This document shows positions 10,345 through 19,939 of a DNA stretch of 64,000 nt, one piece after another. The stretch's first letter is position 1. Each line of letters opens with the position of its first letter. The stretch comes from an uncultured Verrucomicrobiota bacterium (GTDB lineage: Bacteria; Verrucomicrobiota; Kiritimatiellia; SS1-B-03-39; UBA6053). The stretch is taken from positions 10,554-74,553 of the forward strand of contig CAKZLZ010000156.1 of assembly GCA_937127435.1 (NCBI GenBank), given 5' to 3'. The notes beneath the pieces are model-generated. The model was not told where the DNA came from, searched no databases, and saw only the letters and a list, made by a program, of their open reading frames with translations. Position numbers and translations under genes: made by a program.

Positions 10345-11043
10345 ATGCATGGTTCTCAAACCCATTCCAATAAGGCCCGCCAATCCGACGCTTTCACGCT
10401 GATTGAAATGCTGGTGGTGATTGCGATTATTGCCCTGTTGGCATCACTGATTATCCCTGCGGTCACGGGAACCCTCGCAAGGGCCAAAAAAACCTCCGCC
10501 ATGAGTAATCTGCGGCAACTTGGAATCGGCGTCGTGGCCTATGCAACAGATAATAATGGCAGGTTTCCCCGGGGCGGTTTTCAGCCCTTATACTGGCATA
10601 ATGACATTTATCCTTATGTAGGAAATGATCCCTCCGTGTTCCGGGATCCGGCGGGTCATACAGAATATGGTGACCCCTGGGTACAATTTGAAGAGGATGG
10701 TGAAGATCTTCCTTTTGACTTTGGATACAATGCCCATATCAATCCTTATTCAGGCTCCGAACTGGTAAATGAAAAACCCTGGAACCAGGGCCCAAGAGAT
10801 CTCTCGGATATTATGGGGTATCCGGTGCCTCTCATTCACACCATCGTAAACCAAAACAACTTTGTTTTCTGGACCTTCTCACTGCCTGAGAACTCCGGGA
10901 ACCGGCAGGCCTACGACCCGCGCCATTCGGGCAGAGGACTCGTGCTCTGGACCGACAGCAGTATCTCCTCGCCCACCTATGCGGAATACATGCAGATGGC
11001 CGAAGACCGGGGTGGGCCTTCAGCTTTTGTCACGGGCCAATAA
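10345..11043 (+). CDS. Prepilin-type N-terminal cleavage/methylation domain protein (pseudopilin-like)
   Basis: AFTLIEMLVVIAIIALLASLIIPAV...ARAKKTSAMSNLRQLG; C-terminal RH.G...LW.D motif of the PVC-expanded class. Confidence 0.88.
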   Translation: MHGSQTHSNKARQSDAFTLIEMLVVIAIIALLASLIIPAVTGTLARAKKTSAMSNLRQLGIGVVAYATDNNGRFPRGGFQPLYWHNDIYPYVGNDPSVFRDPAGHTEYGDPWVQFEEDGEDLPFDFGYNAHINPYSGSELVNEKPWNQGPRDLSDIMGYPVPLIHTIVNQNNFVFWTFSLPENSGNRQAYDPRHSGRGLVLWTDSSISSPTYAEYMQMAEDRGGPSAFVTGQ

Positions 11044-11047
11044 TAAA

Positions 11048-12733
11048 ATGAATCAACCTGGAATGTTTTACCTGAGAGTCTTCAGATTTTTAAAACGGCC
11101 TGCCTTATTTACCGGTTTGGCTTTGCTCGGTGGATGTATGCCGACGGTCAACCAAAACTCAAAACTCGAATTGAAATCAGAACAGAAAGCTGAACCCAAA
11201 CCAGAATATAACGCCTCGCGGGAACTTCCGAATCTCATCAGGGCGGGCATTGAAAGTGGACAAAAAATCATCCGCATTCCGGAAGGGCGTTATCACGTTC
11301 TTCCGAGTGAAGGAATTCATTTGGAGCTCCGGGATCTCCAGGGGTTCACGCTGGATATGCGCGGGGTGGAAATGATCTGCACGGAAAGCACCCTTGCCCT
11401 GCGGATCGAAAATTGTGAAGGGCTCACCATCCGCGGTCTGACCGTCGATTATGATCCGCTTCCTTTCACCCAAGGGGAGCTGATCGAAATTTCTCAAGAC
11501 CGTAAGACGCACCTGATCAAGCTGGCGGAAGGATTTCCACCGGCGGAAGCGGTGATAGCCTCCAAATACATTCTTTTTTCCCCCGACGGCGATCTGCGAT
11601 ACGGAAGCTATTATCAATTTGAAACAGAGGGGCTTCCCGATAACCATCTGCGGATCAGCGGTCTGCATCCCCGGAAAGACGGCGGCGAACAGACAGGCGA
11701 TCTGATTACCATCTCTGCCCAGCATCTGCAGGGACGTTTCAGACCGCATGCCATTCACTTGGAACGATCAGTAGGCACGGTGTTGGAGGATATCACCCTT
11801 TATGCTTCTCCCACTTTCGGGTTTTTTGAAACCCACTGTTCGGGATCCGTGTACCGGAGGTGTATCGTGGACCGTAAAGACAAGCGTCTCCGCTCTCTGA
11901 ACGCCGACGGATTTCACAGCAAGTTCGCCGAAGTGGGGCCGTTACTGGAAGAATGCCTGGCCTATTGGCAGGGGGATGACGGCATCAATATTTGCGGTGC
12001 GTATCATTTGGTCATCGGTTCAGAGGGGGATCGGCTGCGGGTATTGGCAAAACGTGAAATGGATATCCTGCCCGGGGATCCCGTGCAATTGGTGCAGCTC
12101 GGCGGGCGCCCCTTACCCAATGCCAAAGTCCTCTCCGTTACCGAGACAGGACCTGCCACGGAAGCGCAACTCAACAGCCTTGAGGGCGTTCCTGTCCTGC
12201 AAAATGTGAAGCAGCTTCTCACGACGGCGTATGAAATTCAGATCGACACCCCGGTAGAAATGGAACCCGGTGGGGTCATCGGATCTCTCAACCGAATGGG
12301 AAATGGCTTTGTGATCCGGGGCTGTGAATTTGGATTTATTCGTTCCCGGGGGATTCTGGTAAAAGCCAGTAACGGTTTGATCGAAGACAATCTCCTGGAC
12401 CATTGCGGGATGCAGGGCATCAAGGTGGCCCCCGAGTATAATTGGTTGGAGTCTGGATTCAGTGAAAACGTCACCATAAGAAACAACCGCATCATCCAAC
12501 CGGGAAAAGAGGGCATTCTGGTGGACAGCATCGGGCCTCACCCCATGCACCGGAACCTCGAGATTTTAAACAATACCATTACCACCCAAAACCTTCCTGC
12601 GGTGCGTATCCAAGGTGTAAGCGGGGGAAGCTTTCTGGAAAACGAGATCCGTGGGTTCTCCGCCGGACAAAATGAGTCCGCCGTTTCCGTGAGTGATTCC
12701 TCTCACTTCCGCCGGGACCAACAGAATCCCTAA
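11048..12733 (+). CDS. Right-handed beta-helix protein, GH110-like (alpha-galactosidase-like), probable lipoprotein
   Basis: TVDYDPLPFTQGELI, NADGFH, QGDDGINICG, IRSRGILVKASNGLIEDN; lipobox-like LLGGC; start at ATG 11048, not the 10862 ORF start inside the previous gene. Confidence 0.7.
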   Translation: MNQPGMFYLRVFRFLKRPALFTGLALLGGCMPTVNQNSKLELKSEQKAEPKPEYNASRELPNLIRAGIESGQKIIRIPEGRYHVLPSEGIHLELRDLQGFTLDMRGVEMICTESTLALRIENCEGLTIRGLTVDYDPLPFTQGELIEISQDRKTHLIKLAEGFPPAEAVIASKYILFSPDGDLRYGSYYQFETEGLPDNHLRISGLHPRKDGGEQTGDLITISAQHLQGRFRPHAIHLERSVGTVLEDITLYASPTFGFFETHCSGSVYRRCIVDRKDKRLRSLNADGFHSKFAEVGPLLEECLAYWQGDDGINICGAYHLVIGSEGDRLRVLAKREMDILPGDPVQLVQLGGRPLPNAKVLSVTETGPATEAQLNSLEGVPVLQNVKQLLTTAYEIQIDTPVEMEPGGVIGSLNRMGNGFVIRGCEFGFIRSRGILVKASNGLIEDNLLDHCGMQGIKVAPEYNWLESGFSENVTIRNNRIIQPGKEGILVDSIGPHPMHRNLEILNNTITTQNLPAVRIQGVSGGSFLENEIRGFSAGQNESAVSVSDSSHFRRDQQNP

Positions 12734-12749
12734 TTTTTTCACCCCCGCT

Positions 12750-14411
12750 ATGAAGAACAGTATGCTTGAACAGACGACCTTGGCCCCGACGCCGGAATCC
12801 TCAGCGCTTTTGACGTTGAAACCTGAAAACGGCAAAACGCTCCTCCTTCCCAAAGGTGTGCACCATTTATTTCCGGGGGACTTTCCTTTCCGCCACCTGC
12901 ACATTTCCAACAATGATGACGGGATTAAACATATTGTGTTTGATCTTTCCGGCATGGAAAATGTCACCATCGACGGAAACGGTGCCGAACTGATCCTGCA
13001 TGGTCATCTGATTCCTTTCTATATGCGGGATGCGAAGAACATCACCTTGAAGAATCTCACCATCGATTGGGAGCATCCCTTTTGTGCCCAGGGGGAAGTG
13101 GTGGACGCGGGTCCGGGTTGGGTGGAGATAAAACTCGAAGAAGCATATGACCTCCGGGTTTGCGATGGACGTCTACAGGCGCACACGCCTGATTGGATGT
13201 ATCCAGTGGGTATTCATAATCTGAATTATATCGACCCGGTCCGCGGGGAGCACGCATATCAGTCCACCGACGAATATGGGATGTTCACCCATGAGGACTA
13301 TACCGCGATTCAAAAGGAGGCGCGGGTCCTCCGGCTGGAGTCGGATGTGATGCGGAACAAACCCCAAGTCGGTCAGGTCGCGGTCTTCCATTTTGACGGC
13401 CGGACTTCTCCGGTGGTTTCGGCACAAAACTGCGAAGGCATCCGCATCGAAAACAGCACAATTTTTCATGCGGGGGCGATTGCAACCATCTTCGAAGGAT
13501 GCCGCGATGTTTATTTAGATCATCTTGAAGTCAGGCGCCGGGGGAAGCGATGGTTTTCTTCGTTGAATGACGCAACCCACTTTGTGGAGTGCAAAGGGAA
13601 TATATTCCTGACTAACTGTCTTTTTGAATTTCAAAATGATGATGCCACCAATATCCACGGGATCTACAGGTCTGTCGATGCCGCATTGAACGAAGATACC
13701 CTGCTTCTCCGCCTCATGCATTTTCAACAGTTGGGGGTTGATACCATTGGCCCCGGAGACAGCCTGGCCCTCTGCGATTGCAATTCTTTGAAGACCCTGG
13801 CCATCCGCAGGGTGTCCAAAGTTTTGCCTCAGGATCACCAGTGCACGGCCTATCAGTTTTCGGAAAAGCTTCCGGATCTGGACTGGAACCATGTAGTGGT
13901 CATGCGTTATGAAAGCGACGTGCACGTGCTGATTCAGGGCAATACCATCCGCAACAACCGTGCGCGGGGCATTCTGATCACCAGCATGGGGAAAGTGGAA
14001 ATCAGGGACAACTTTTTTCATACGCCGGGACCTGCCATTCAGATTGAATACGGGGTTACCGGAAAGTGGTTTGAATCCGGTCCGGTTGAAGATGTGGAGA
14101 TCACGGACAATATCTTTGATCAGTGTAACTTCGGGTGTTGGGGGAATGCTTTGTTTTTGCTTGGCCCCATGCATGGCGACCCCACATCGGAAAACATCCG
14201 GATTCATGGAAACCGCATTCATCACATCTACAAACCGCTGGTCCGCATCTCCAATGTGGATGGCTTTGTGTTTTCCGACAATGAGATCGTGCCCGGTACC
14301 GATTATCCGCATTGGGAAAGTTCTCCCGACATGCTGGTCCTTGGCCCCGGGGTCACAAACGAGGTCCTTTCGGATTTTACGTCAAACCGCGAAGCCGGTG
14401 ACACAGTTTGA
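12750..14411 (+). CDS. GH110-family alpha-1,3-galactosidase-like beta-helix protein
   Basis: HISNNDDG.KHIVFDL....NVTIDGNGAELILHG, IDWEHPFCAQGEV, NDATHF, QNDDATNIHG, NNRARGILI, GKWFESGPVEDV; start at ATG 12750. Confidence 0.82.
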   Translation: MKNSMLEQTTLAPTPESSALLTLKPENGKTLLLPKGVHHLFPGDFPFRHLHISNNDDGIKHIVFDLSGMENVTIDGNGAELILHGHLIPFYMRDAKNITLKNLTIDWEHPFCAQGEVVDAGPGWVEIKLEEAYDLRVCDGRLQAHTPDWMYPVGIHNLNYIDPVRGEHAYQSTDEYGMFTHEDYTAIQKEARVLRLESDVMRNKPQVGQVAVFHFDGRTSPVVSAQNCEGIRIENSTIFHAGAIATIFEGCRDVYLDHLEVRRRGKRWFSSLNDATHFVECKGNIFLTNCLFEFQNDDATNIHGIYRSVDAALNEDTLLLRLMHFQQLGVDTIGPGDSLALCDCNSLKTLAIRRVSKVLPQDHQCTAYQFSEKLPDLDWNHVVVMRYESDVHVLIQGNTIRNNRARGILITSMGKVEIRDNFFHTPGPAIQIEYGVTGKWFESGPVEDVEITDNIFDQCNFGCWGNALFLLGPMHGDPTSENIRIHGNRIHHIYKPLVRISNVDGFVFSDNEIVPGTDYPHWESSPDMLVLGPGVTNEVLSDFTSNREAGDTV

Positions 14412-14487
14412 TGCCGAACTCAAAAGGCTCGGTACAGACATGATTTCCACCATGTGGGAAGAAGAGGGGGATCGGACTGGCCGGTCC
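14374..14487 (+). pseudogene. Displaced internal fragment of a peptide deformylase gene
   Basis: 14407-14487 matches def 15349-15428 at 75/80 plus a 1-nt insertion; upstream codons read ILRQTAKPVTQFD vs resident VLREKAAPITNFD. Confidence 0.9.
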
Positions 14488-14526
14488 CAATCATTGTGGA
14501 TGTGGATGCGATCAGTTTGATGTGAA
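14483..14526 (+). pseudogene. Displaced copy of the priA 3' end, including the stop codon
   Basis: 42/44 identical to 5546-5589; encodes IIVDVDAISLM-stop. Confidence 0.93.
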
Positions 14527-14532
14527 ATAAAA

Positions 14533-15108
14533 TCAATTATGGGGATCGTATAAATCCGAACCCAGCCAACTGAGGTCGCTCAGCGCCTGTTGTGCCAAGA
14601 CGCGCGTTTTATTTTTCCACTCGACATTCAACTCCAAATAATTCCGCTCCATTTGAGCACCTAATCTCCGTTTGGGCTTGTTGTATAAAGCCTCATAGCG
14701 ATCATAATAGACGTGCCGTATATCTTCGATTTGAATCATGGCCTCAATGAAGGAAACCACATGCTGTGCATCTTCAGTGGTGAGGATATCCTGTTTGTGC
14801 ATTTCCTGCCCGTCTTTCCATGCCTGCTTTAATTCGCCTTTTTTATATAGCCTTTTGATGACTTGGTTTGAGGGATCGTCCTCGACAATATCACTGGTTA
14901 ACACTTCAAAGATATCTTCCAAATTACGGACGTATCTATTTTTGTTCGGAACGGGTACCCGCGTAGGTACAGGGGTTGGAACGGTTGGTATTTGAATGAC
15001 CGGCGTGGGAACCGGTGCCGGTAGAGGGGCGACAGATTTCGAAGGCCAGAACTTGAAAATGATGAAAGCGGTAAGGACGGTGATGATAAATTGGAAAAAA
15101 ATTTTCAT
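14533..15108 (-). CDS. Hypothetical membrane-anchored protein with Pro-rich linker
   Basis: 191 aa; hydrophobic N-terminus, PLPAPVPTPVIQIPTVPTPVPT linker; AT-richer than neighbours. Confidence 0.65.
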   Translation of the reverse strand: MKIFFQFIITVLTAFIIFKFWPSKSVAPLPAPVPTPVIQIPTVPTPVPTRVPVPNKNRYVRNLEDIFEVLTSDIVEDDPSNQVIKRLYKKGELKQAWKDGQEMHKQDILTTEDAQHVVSFIEAMIQIEDIRHVYYDRYEALYNKPKRRLGAQMERNYLELNVEWKNKTRVLAQQALSDLSWLGSDLYDPHN

Positions 15109-15282
15109 GAGCTGATTCCGATTCGATGGAAAGCAGGAAGCCTAACCCATTAGATACAAAGAATAAACGGGATATAAAGAATATATACAAATGGAAATGC
15201 GGAATGTTGGGTTCTTTACAGTGCTGAAGCTGGTTGAACACTTCTTTTTGACATGAGGAAAAGTTCAGGTTAGAGGTTTTCT

Positions 15283-15825
15283 ATGATTTATCCTCTTTGT
15301 TATTTTGGAAATTCGGTGCTTCGCGAAAAAGCTGCGCCGATTACGAATTTTGATGCCGAACTCGAAAAGCTCGGTAAAGACATGATTTCCACTATGCGGG
15401 AAGAAGAGGGGATCGGACTGGCCGGTCCGCAAATTGGGAAGTCCCTGCGAATTTTTACCATGGAAGTTCCGGTGGATATGGACGAAGATGAAAACGGCCA
15501 ACCGCTTAATGCGGGATTGGAAAGTCCGCTGGTGGTGGTGAATCCGGAAATTGAAGTTGTGGGGGACGTCGAGGAGGAAATGGAGGAGGGGTGTCTCTCT
15601 ATTCCCGAAGTTCGCGGAAAAGTGATTCGTCCTTTTGCCATCAAATTGAGGTATCAGAATGTGAAAGGCGAAAGCAAGGAACTCGAACTTCAGGGCTTGG
15701 CCGCCCGCTGTGTGCAGCATGAAACGGATCATTTGAACGGGGTGTTGTTTATCGACTATTTAAGTTCAGTCAAAAAAATGTCCATCAAAGGCAAGCTTAA
15801 GAGAATTAAGCAAAATTATGGTTAA
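15283..15825 (+). CDS. def: Peptide deformylase
   Basis: GIGLAGPQIG, EGCLSIP, QHETDHLNGVLFID motifs. Confidence 0.97.
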   Translation: MIYPLCYFGNSVLREKAAPITNFDAELEKLGKDMISTMREEEGIGLAGPQIGKSLRIFTMEVPVDMDEDENGQPLNAGLESPLVVVNPEIEVVGDVEEEMEEGCLSIPEVRGKVIRPFAIKLRYQNVKGESKELELQGLAARCVQHETDHLNGVLFIDYLSSVKKMSIKGKLKRIKQNYG

Positions 15826-15830
15826 GTGCC

Positions 15831-15956
15831 ATTTAGGGGAGATGATTTAGGGCAGGATGATTTAGGGCAGGATAATTTAGGGCAGGATAATTTAAGGCAG
15901 GATGATTTAGGGCAGGATGATTTAGGGGAGCATAATTTAGGGCAGGATAATTTTTG
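15831..15956. repeat. 15-bp tandem repeat, 8 units plus a degenerate ninth
   Basis: Unit ATTTAGGGCAGGAT(G/A) starting at 15831, 15845, 15860, 15875, 15890, 15905, 15920, 15935; two related inverted units at 16019-16045. Confidence 0.9.
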
Positions 15957-16116
15957 AGGGGAGTCAAAGAAGAATGTTTCCCTGGCCGTGGCTCGCGCCA
16001 CACGCGGGTAGGCAGATCAATCATCTTGCCCAAAATCATCTTGCCTCATGTTGTGGAATATCATTTTGCCTCTTAGAAAGCTTGCTATTCAAATGTAGTC
16101 CTTTCATACTTTTTTT

Positions 16117-17718
16117 ATGATTGGGCAAGAGGATTTTTTCAGTGACGGGTCAGACGAAGGCAACAACTTAAGTTTGGCGAGGATCCATTCTGCCGCGGTA
16201 CTGGGGGTGGATGCGATTCCGGTGGAGGTGGAGGTCAATGTCAGCCCCACCCAGGAAAACAAATTTCAACCCAACATCGTGGGACTGCCGGATGCGGCAG
16301 TAAAAGAAAGTCTGGACCGGGTAAGCACCGCCCTGGCCAACAGCGGATTGGAAACGCCTTTTGCGATGAGATGGCTCATCAACCTCGCGCCTGCGGATCT
16401 CCGCAAGCAGGGGCCCAGTTTTGATTTACCGATTGCTTTGGCGACCTTGTCCGCATTGGAAGAGCTGACGCAGGAGCAACTCAAGGGAGCGATGGCGGTG
16501 GGGGAGTTGGCACTGTCCGGCAATTTACGTCCGGTGCGCGGGGTGTTGCCTATTGCGCTGCGGGCAAAGGAGATGGGAATTCAAAGGCTGTTTGTGCCTG
16601 AGGAAAACGGCGAAGAGGCGGCGGTGGTGGAGGGGTTAAAGGTGTATCCGGTGAAACATCTGCGGGAGGTTGTGGATTTCCTGAAAGGGGATTTAGAACT
16701 GCAAGCGCTGTCGCTGGATCTGGACAAGATGTTCGATCAGTATCAACAATACCCACTCGATTTTGCGGAAGTGAAAGGACAGGAAACTGCGCGGCGGGCT
16801 TTGGAGGTTTCGGTTGCGGGAGGTCATAATTTGTTGATGATCGGCTCTCCGGGCACGGGTAAAAGCATGATCGCTAAACGCATTCCCACCATACTGCCTC
16901 CGCTCAATTTGGCGGAATCATTGGAGGCAACCAAAATACATTCGATTGCCGGGACCCTGCCCGCACATCAGGCCCTGGTGGCACAACGGGCCTTTCGTGC
17001 GCCTCATCACACCGTTTCCGACGCGGGACTTTTAGGCGGAGGAACCTATCCCATGCCCGGAGAAGTAAGTCTGGCCCATCACGGGGTATTGTTTCTCGAT
17101 GAACTTCCTGAATTTGCCCGCAACGTATTGGAAGTGATGCGTCAACCTTTAGAGGACGGGGTGGTCAATATCAGTCGGGCGGCGGCCTCGGTTACCTTTC
17201 CCTGCAGTTGCATGCTCGTCGCAGCAATGAACCCGTGTCCCTGCGGTTATTATGGTGATCCCAAACGTAAATGCCATTGCACCCCCCAGCAGATTCAGCG
17301 CTACCGCAACCGGGTGAGTGGACCGTTGTTGGACCGTATTGACATTCAGATTGATGTACCGGCAGTCCGTTACGAAGAATTGACTTCACTCGAAAAAGGA
17401 GAAAGCTCCGCCGCCATTCGGGAGCGGGTCATCCGCGCCAGAAAAGTGCAGGAAGAACGCTTTGCCGACAATGACCGCATTCACTGCAACGCCAATATGG
17501 GCACCAAAGAACTGAATGAAGTTTGCCGCCTGGATGAGCAGGGGCATCAAATGTTGCGCATGGCCATGGACGAGTTAAACCTTTCCGCCCGCGCCTATGA
17601 CCGCATCCTCAAAGTCTCCAGAACCCTCGCCGACCTGGAGGGTGCAGAAGACATTCAACCCCACCATCTCGCCGAGGCCATCCAGTACCGGAGTTTAGAT
17701 CGGCAGGGGTGGACGTAA
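16117..17718 (+). CDS. comM: YifB/ComM-family Mg-chelatase-like AAA+ ATPase
   Basis: [93 protein letters not shown]. Confidence 0.93.
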   Translation: MIGQEDFFSDGSDEGNNLSLARIHSAAVLGVDAIPVEVEVNVSPTQENKFQPNIVGLPDAAVKESLDRVSTALANSGLETPFAMRWLINLAPADLRKQGPSFDLPIALATLSALEELTQEQLKGAMAVGELALSGNLRPVRGVLPIALRAKEMGIQRLFVPEENGEEAAVVEGLKVYPVKHLREVVDFLKGDLELQALSLDLDKMFDQYQQYPLDFAEVKGQETARRALEVSVAGGHNLLMIGSPGTGKSMIAKRIPTILPPLNLAESLEATKIHSIAGTLPAHQALVAQRAFRAPHHTVSDAGLLGGGTYPMPGEVSLAHHGVLFLDELPEFARNVLEVMRQPLEDGVVNISRAAASVTFPCSCMLVAAMNPCPCGYYGDPKRKCHCTPQQIQRYRNRVSGPLLDRIDIQIDVPAVRYEELTSLEKGESSAAIRERVIRARKVQEERFADNDRIHCNANMGTKELNEVCRLDEQGHQMLRMAMDELNLSARAYDRILKVSRTLADLEGAEDIQPHHLAEAIQYRSLDRQGWT

Positions 17719-17870
17719 CGCAGCCTTTCAGGCTGAAGGGCAGGGGCTTTCCAGCCTTTTCTTCTCTTAGCGGTAAATAATGGGGAAAAAATGCGTCTAA
17801 GAGCCTTTTAAGCTCTAAAAATCTTCCTAAGTTTTTGGCCGACAACCGAAACCTGTGGCCAGCCCCCGCT
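17541..17870 (+). repeat. comM 3' end plus about 150 bp downstream; left copy of a diverged direct repeat
   Basis: Aligns to 19525-19821, which has small deletions including one that removes the stop region. Confidence 0.92.
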
Positions 17871-17873
17871 GTC

Positions 17874-19388
17874 CTAAAGTTCGAATTCGACATCCTCATC
17901 TTCTGGTGGGGTGGCCCCGCCGGGTTGCAGATTGGGTTGGGTAATGTTTTCGGCCTGGGTGGTGGGCAGATAGCGGTAGGTCACCATCAGGGCCAATGCG
18001 CTGAGGCTTGTGTCCAACACCAGTCCCTGTTCAGGGGACTCTCTGGAAAAATTATTCCAGTGACCATCGTCCGCCTGATTTTTCACCAGCGCTTCTACCA
18101 TCTTCGGGTAGAATTTTCTGAAATTCGACCCGTTCCGGTTTTCCTGAAAAAAGGCCTGCACGGCGTAATACCAAAACATCAGTTCTCCCCCGTACTCATC
18201 ACTTCCGATCCTGCTGACACCCCATTCCGGCAGCCAGTCCTGTTTGGTGTGACGTTCCATGTATTTTAGAATTTCACGTGCCTCTTTCCGGTCACCGTTT
18301 CCGGTAAGGTACATGCCCAACAGGCCGGCGGCGGACAGAATTTCTCTTCGGGAGGAAGCCTTGGGTGAGGTTTCAATCGAAAGGCGGTAGCCGAAACCCC
18401 GTCCCAAATCATCTTTCATCGATCCCAGCAGCATCCCCTCCATGGCCCGTTGCTTATACACATTCAGTTTCGGATGATCCGGGAGGGCGATGCTTGCCGC
18501 TTTCAAAGCTTGAACATGCCAGGCATCCACCGAAACGTCATGGGTGTCCGATTTTTCATATTTATATTCATAACCGCCTCTGGGATGCTGAGATTCAATC
18601 ATCACCTTAACTGCCCGTTCCAAGGGAGCGGTCAACAGGGGGTTTTGCGTCATAGTGGAAGATTCGGCAAGGGCATAGGTGGCCATGGCATGGGCATAAA
18701 CCACATGTCGGCCCACCGGCTGAAGCAATCCGCGGGAATCCTGATTTTCAACCAGAAACCTGATGCCATTGGCAACGGTTGAACCGAATTCCCGTGATGC
18801 GGGAGTTTCTCCGTGTGCCAAAAATGCCAGCAATGCGAGGCCTGTGTGTCCCGAATCACCTTTTTTTCCCTCTGCTCCCCACGATCCGTTCTCATGCTGA
18901 TTCTCTTTCAACCATCTGAGGGCTTTGAGTACTGCAGGTTCTGAAACGCCGCCCAGTCCCCGTCCGTATTGTTTTAGCGCCTTTGCGCGTCCGACGGAGG
19001 TTCGACCGGCCAATAAATTTGTCATATGTACCGGACTGGATATATCCGACATCAGGTCCGAGAGGCTGCTGACATCGGTTTGCACAGATTCTACAACCGG
19101 TTCCGGATCTTGTTCCATGTCCGTATCGATGGGTGTATCAAAGGCGAGGTCGCTGAAATTATCTATATCATCAGGATCGACGACCATCTCGGGTTCGATT
19201 TCCTCTTCGATTTCATCAATAAGTTCTTTGTCCATGGCTTCGATGACAATTACCGTAGTGTTATCCCGTTCCTGCTTGTCCTGAAAAGTAATGAAGGTGA
19301 TCAGGAGCATGATCAAAATGCCATTGATGATCAGGGAAACCAAAACACTCGAGGTGTGGGCCATTCGAAGGTATCGTTGTACGTTCAT
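17874..19388 (-). CDS. Prenyltransferase/squalene-oxidase-repeat (alpha/alpha-toroid) protein, membrane anchored
   Basis: 504 aa; N-terminal TM, acidic linker, ALRWLKENQHENGSW, TGLALLAFLAHG, GIRFLVENQ, NQADDGHW repeats. Confidence 0.8.
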   Translation of the reverse strand: MNVQRYLRMAHTSSVLVSLIINGILIMLLITFITFQDKQERDNTTVIVIEAMDKELIDEIEEEIEPEMVVDPDDIDNFSDLAFDTPIDTDMEQDPEPVVESVQTDVSSLSDLMSDISSPVHMTNLLAGRTSVGRAKALKQYGRGLGGVSEPAVLKALRWLKENQHENGSWGAEGKKGDSGHTGLALLAFLAHGETPASREFGSTVANGIRFLVENQDSRGLLQPVGRHVVYAHAMATYALAESSTMTQNPLLTAPLERAVKVMIESQHPRGGYEYKYEKSDTHDVSVDAWHVQALKAASIALPDHPKLNVYKQRAMEGMLLGSMKDDLGRGFGYRLSIETSPKASSRREILSAAGLLGMYLTGNGDRKEAREILKYMERHTKQDWLPEWGVSRIGSDEYGGELMFWYYAVQAFFQENRNGSNFRKFYPKMVEALVKNQADDGHWNNFSRESPEQGLVLDTSLSALALMVTYRYLPTTQAENITQPNLQPGGATPPEDEDVEFEL

Positions 19389-19524
19389 AGAAGTATTTGT
19401 TTTTGCATTTGTGTTTTTGTGTCCGGAATTTGTGCTGAAGTGAGCGTACGCAATTTACATGCTAATGTTTAGAATTTTCCCAATAAATCGGCACGAATGG
19501 TTAAAACGTACCTGAAATAAACGT

Positions 19525-19821
19525 GGGGCATCAAATGCTCAGCATGGATGAATTCAACCTCTCCGCCCGCACCTACGACCAGATCCTCAAAGTTTCCCGT
19601 ACCACCGCCGACCTGGATGGGCCAGAAGATATTCAACCAAACCATCTCGCCGAAGTTGTCCCATACCGCAGCCTTTCAGGCTGAAGGGGAGGGGCTTTCC
19701 AGCCTTTTTCTTATCTTAGCGATAAATAATGGGGTGAAAAAATGCGTCTAAGAACCTTTTAAGCTCTGAAAATCCTCCTAAGTTGTTGTCCGACAACCGA
19801 AAGCTGTGGCCAGCCTCCGCT
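19525..19821 (+). pseudogene. Displaced, diverged copy of the comM 3' end and downstream region
   Basis: Reads MDEFNLSARTYDQILKVSRTTADLDGPEDIQPNHLAEVVPYR vs resident [42 protein letters not shown]. Confidence 0.92.
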
Positions 19822-19939
19822 TTAGCGGGTCCGTTAATTTGAAAAGCGAAAACCTCTGTTGGAAGCCGCACAGGGGTCAAGCAGTACACTCTATCATTCT
19901 GATATAATATATGACCCTGTGTTCTAGCATCCCTCCTTT

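Noticed and set aside
10862-11047. Longer N-terminus for the first beta-helix protein
   Set aside because: Lies inside the pseudopilin gene in another frame; ATG 11048 directly follows that gene's stop
5589-14482. Classical integrase-encoding genomic island
   Set aside because: No ORF in this or the other blocks shows tyrosine/serine recombinase or DDE motifs; an integrase outside the window cannot be excluded
14044-14520. 158-aa ORF as a real gene
   Set aside because: Mostly an alternative frame inside the GH110-like gene; useful only because its end exposes the def-like fragment
15831-15956. Possible CRISPR array
   Set aside because: Units are 15 bp and directly adjacent with no unique spacers; no cas genes
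16117-19821. AbaR/Tn6022-like or Tn7-like transposon in comM
   Set aside because: comM is full length; no tni/tns genes, terminal inverted repeats or 5-bp duplication seen
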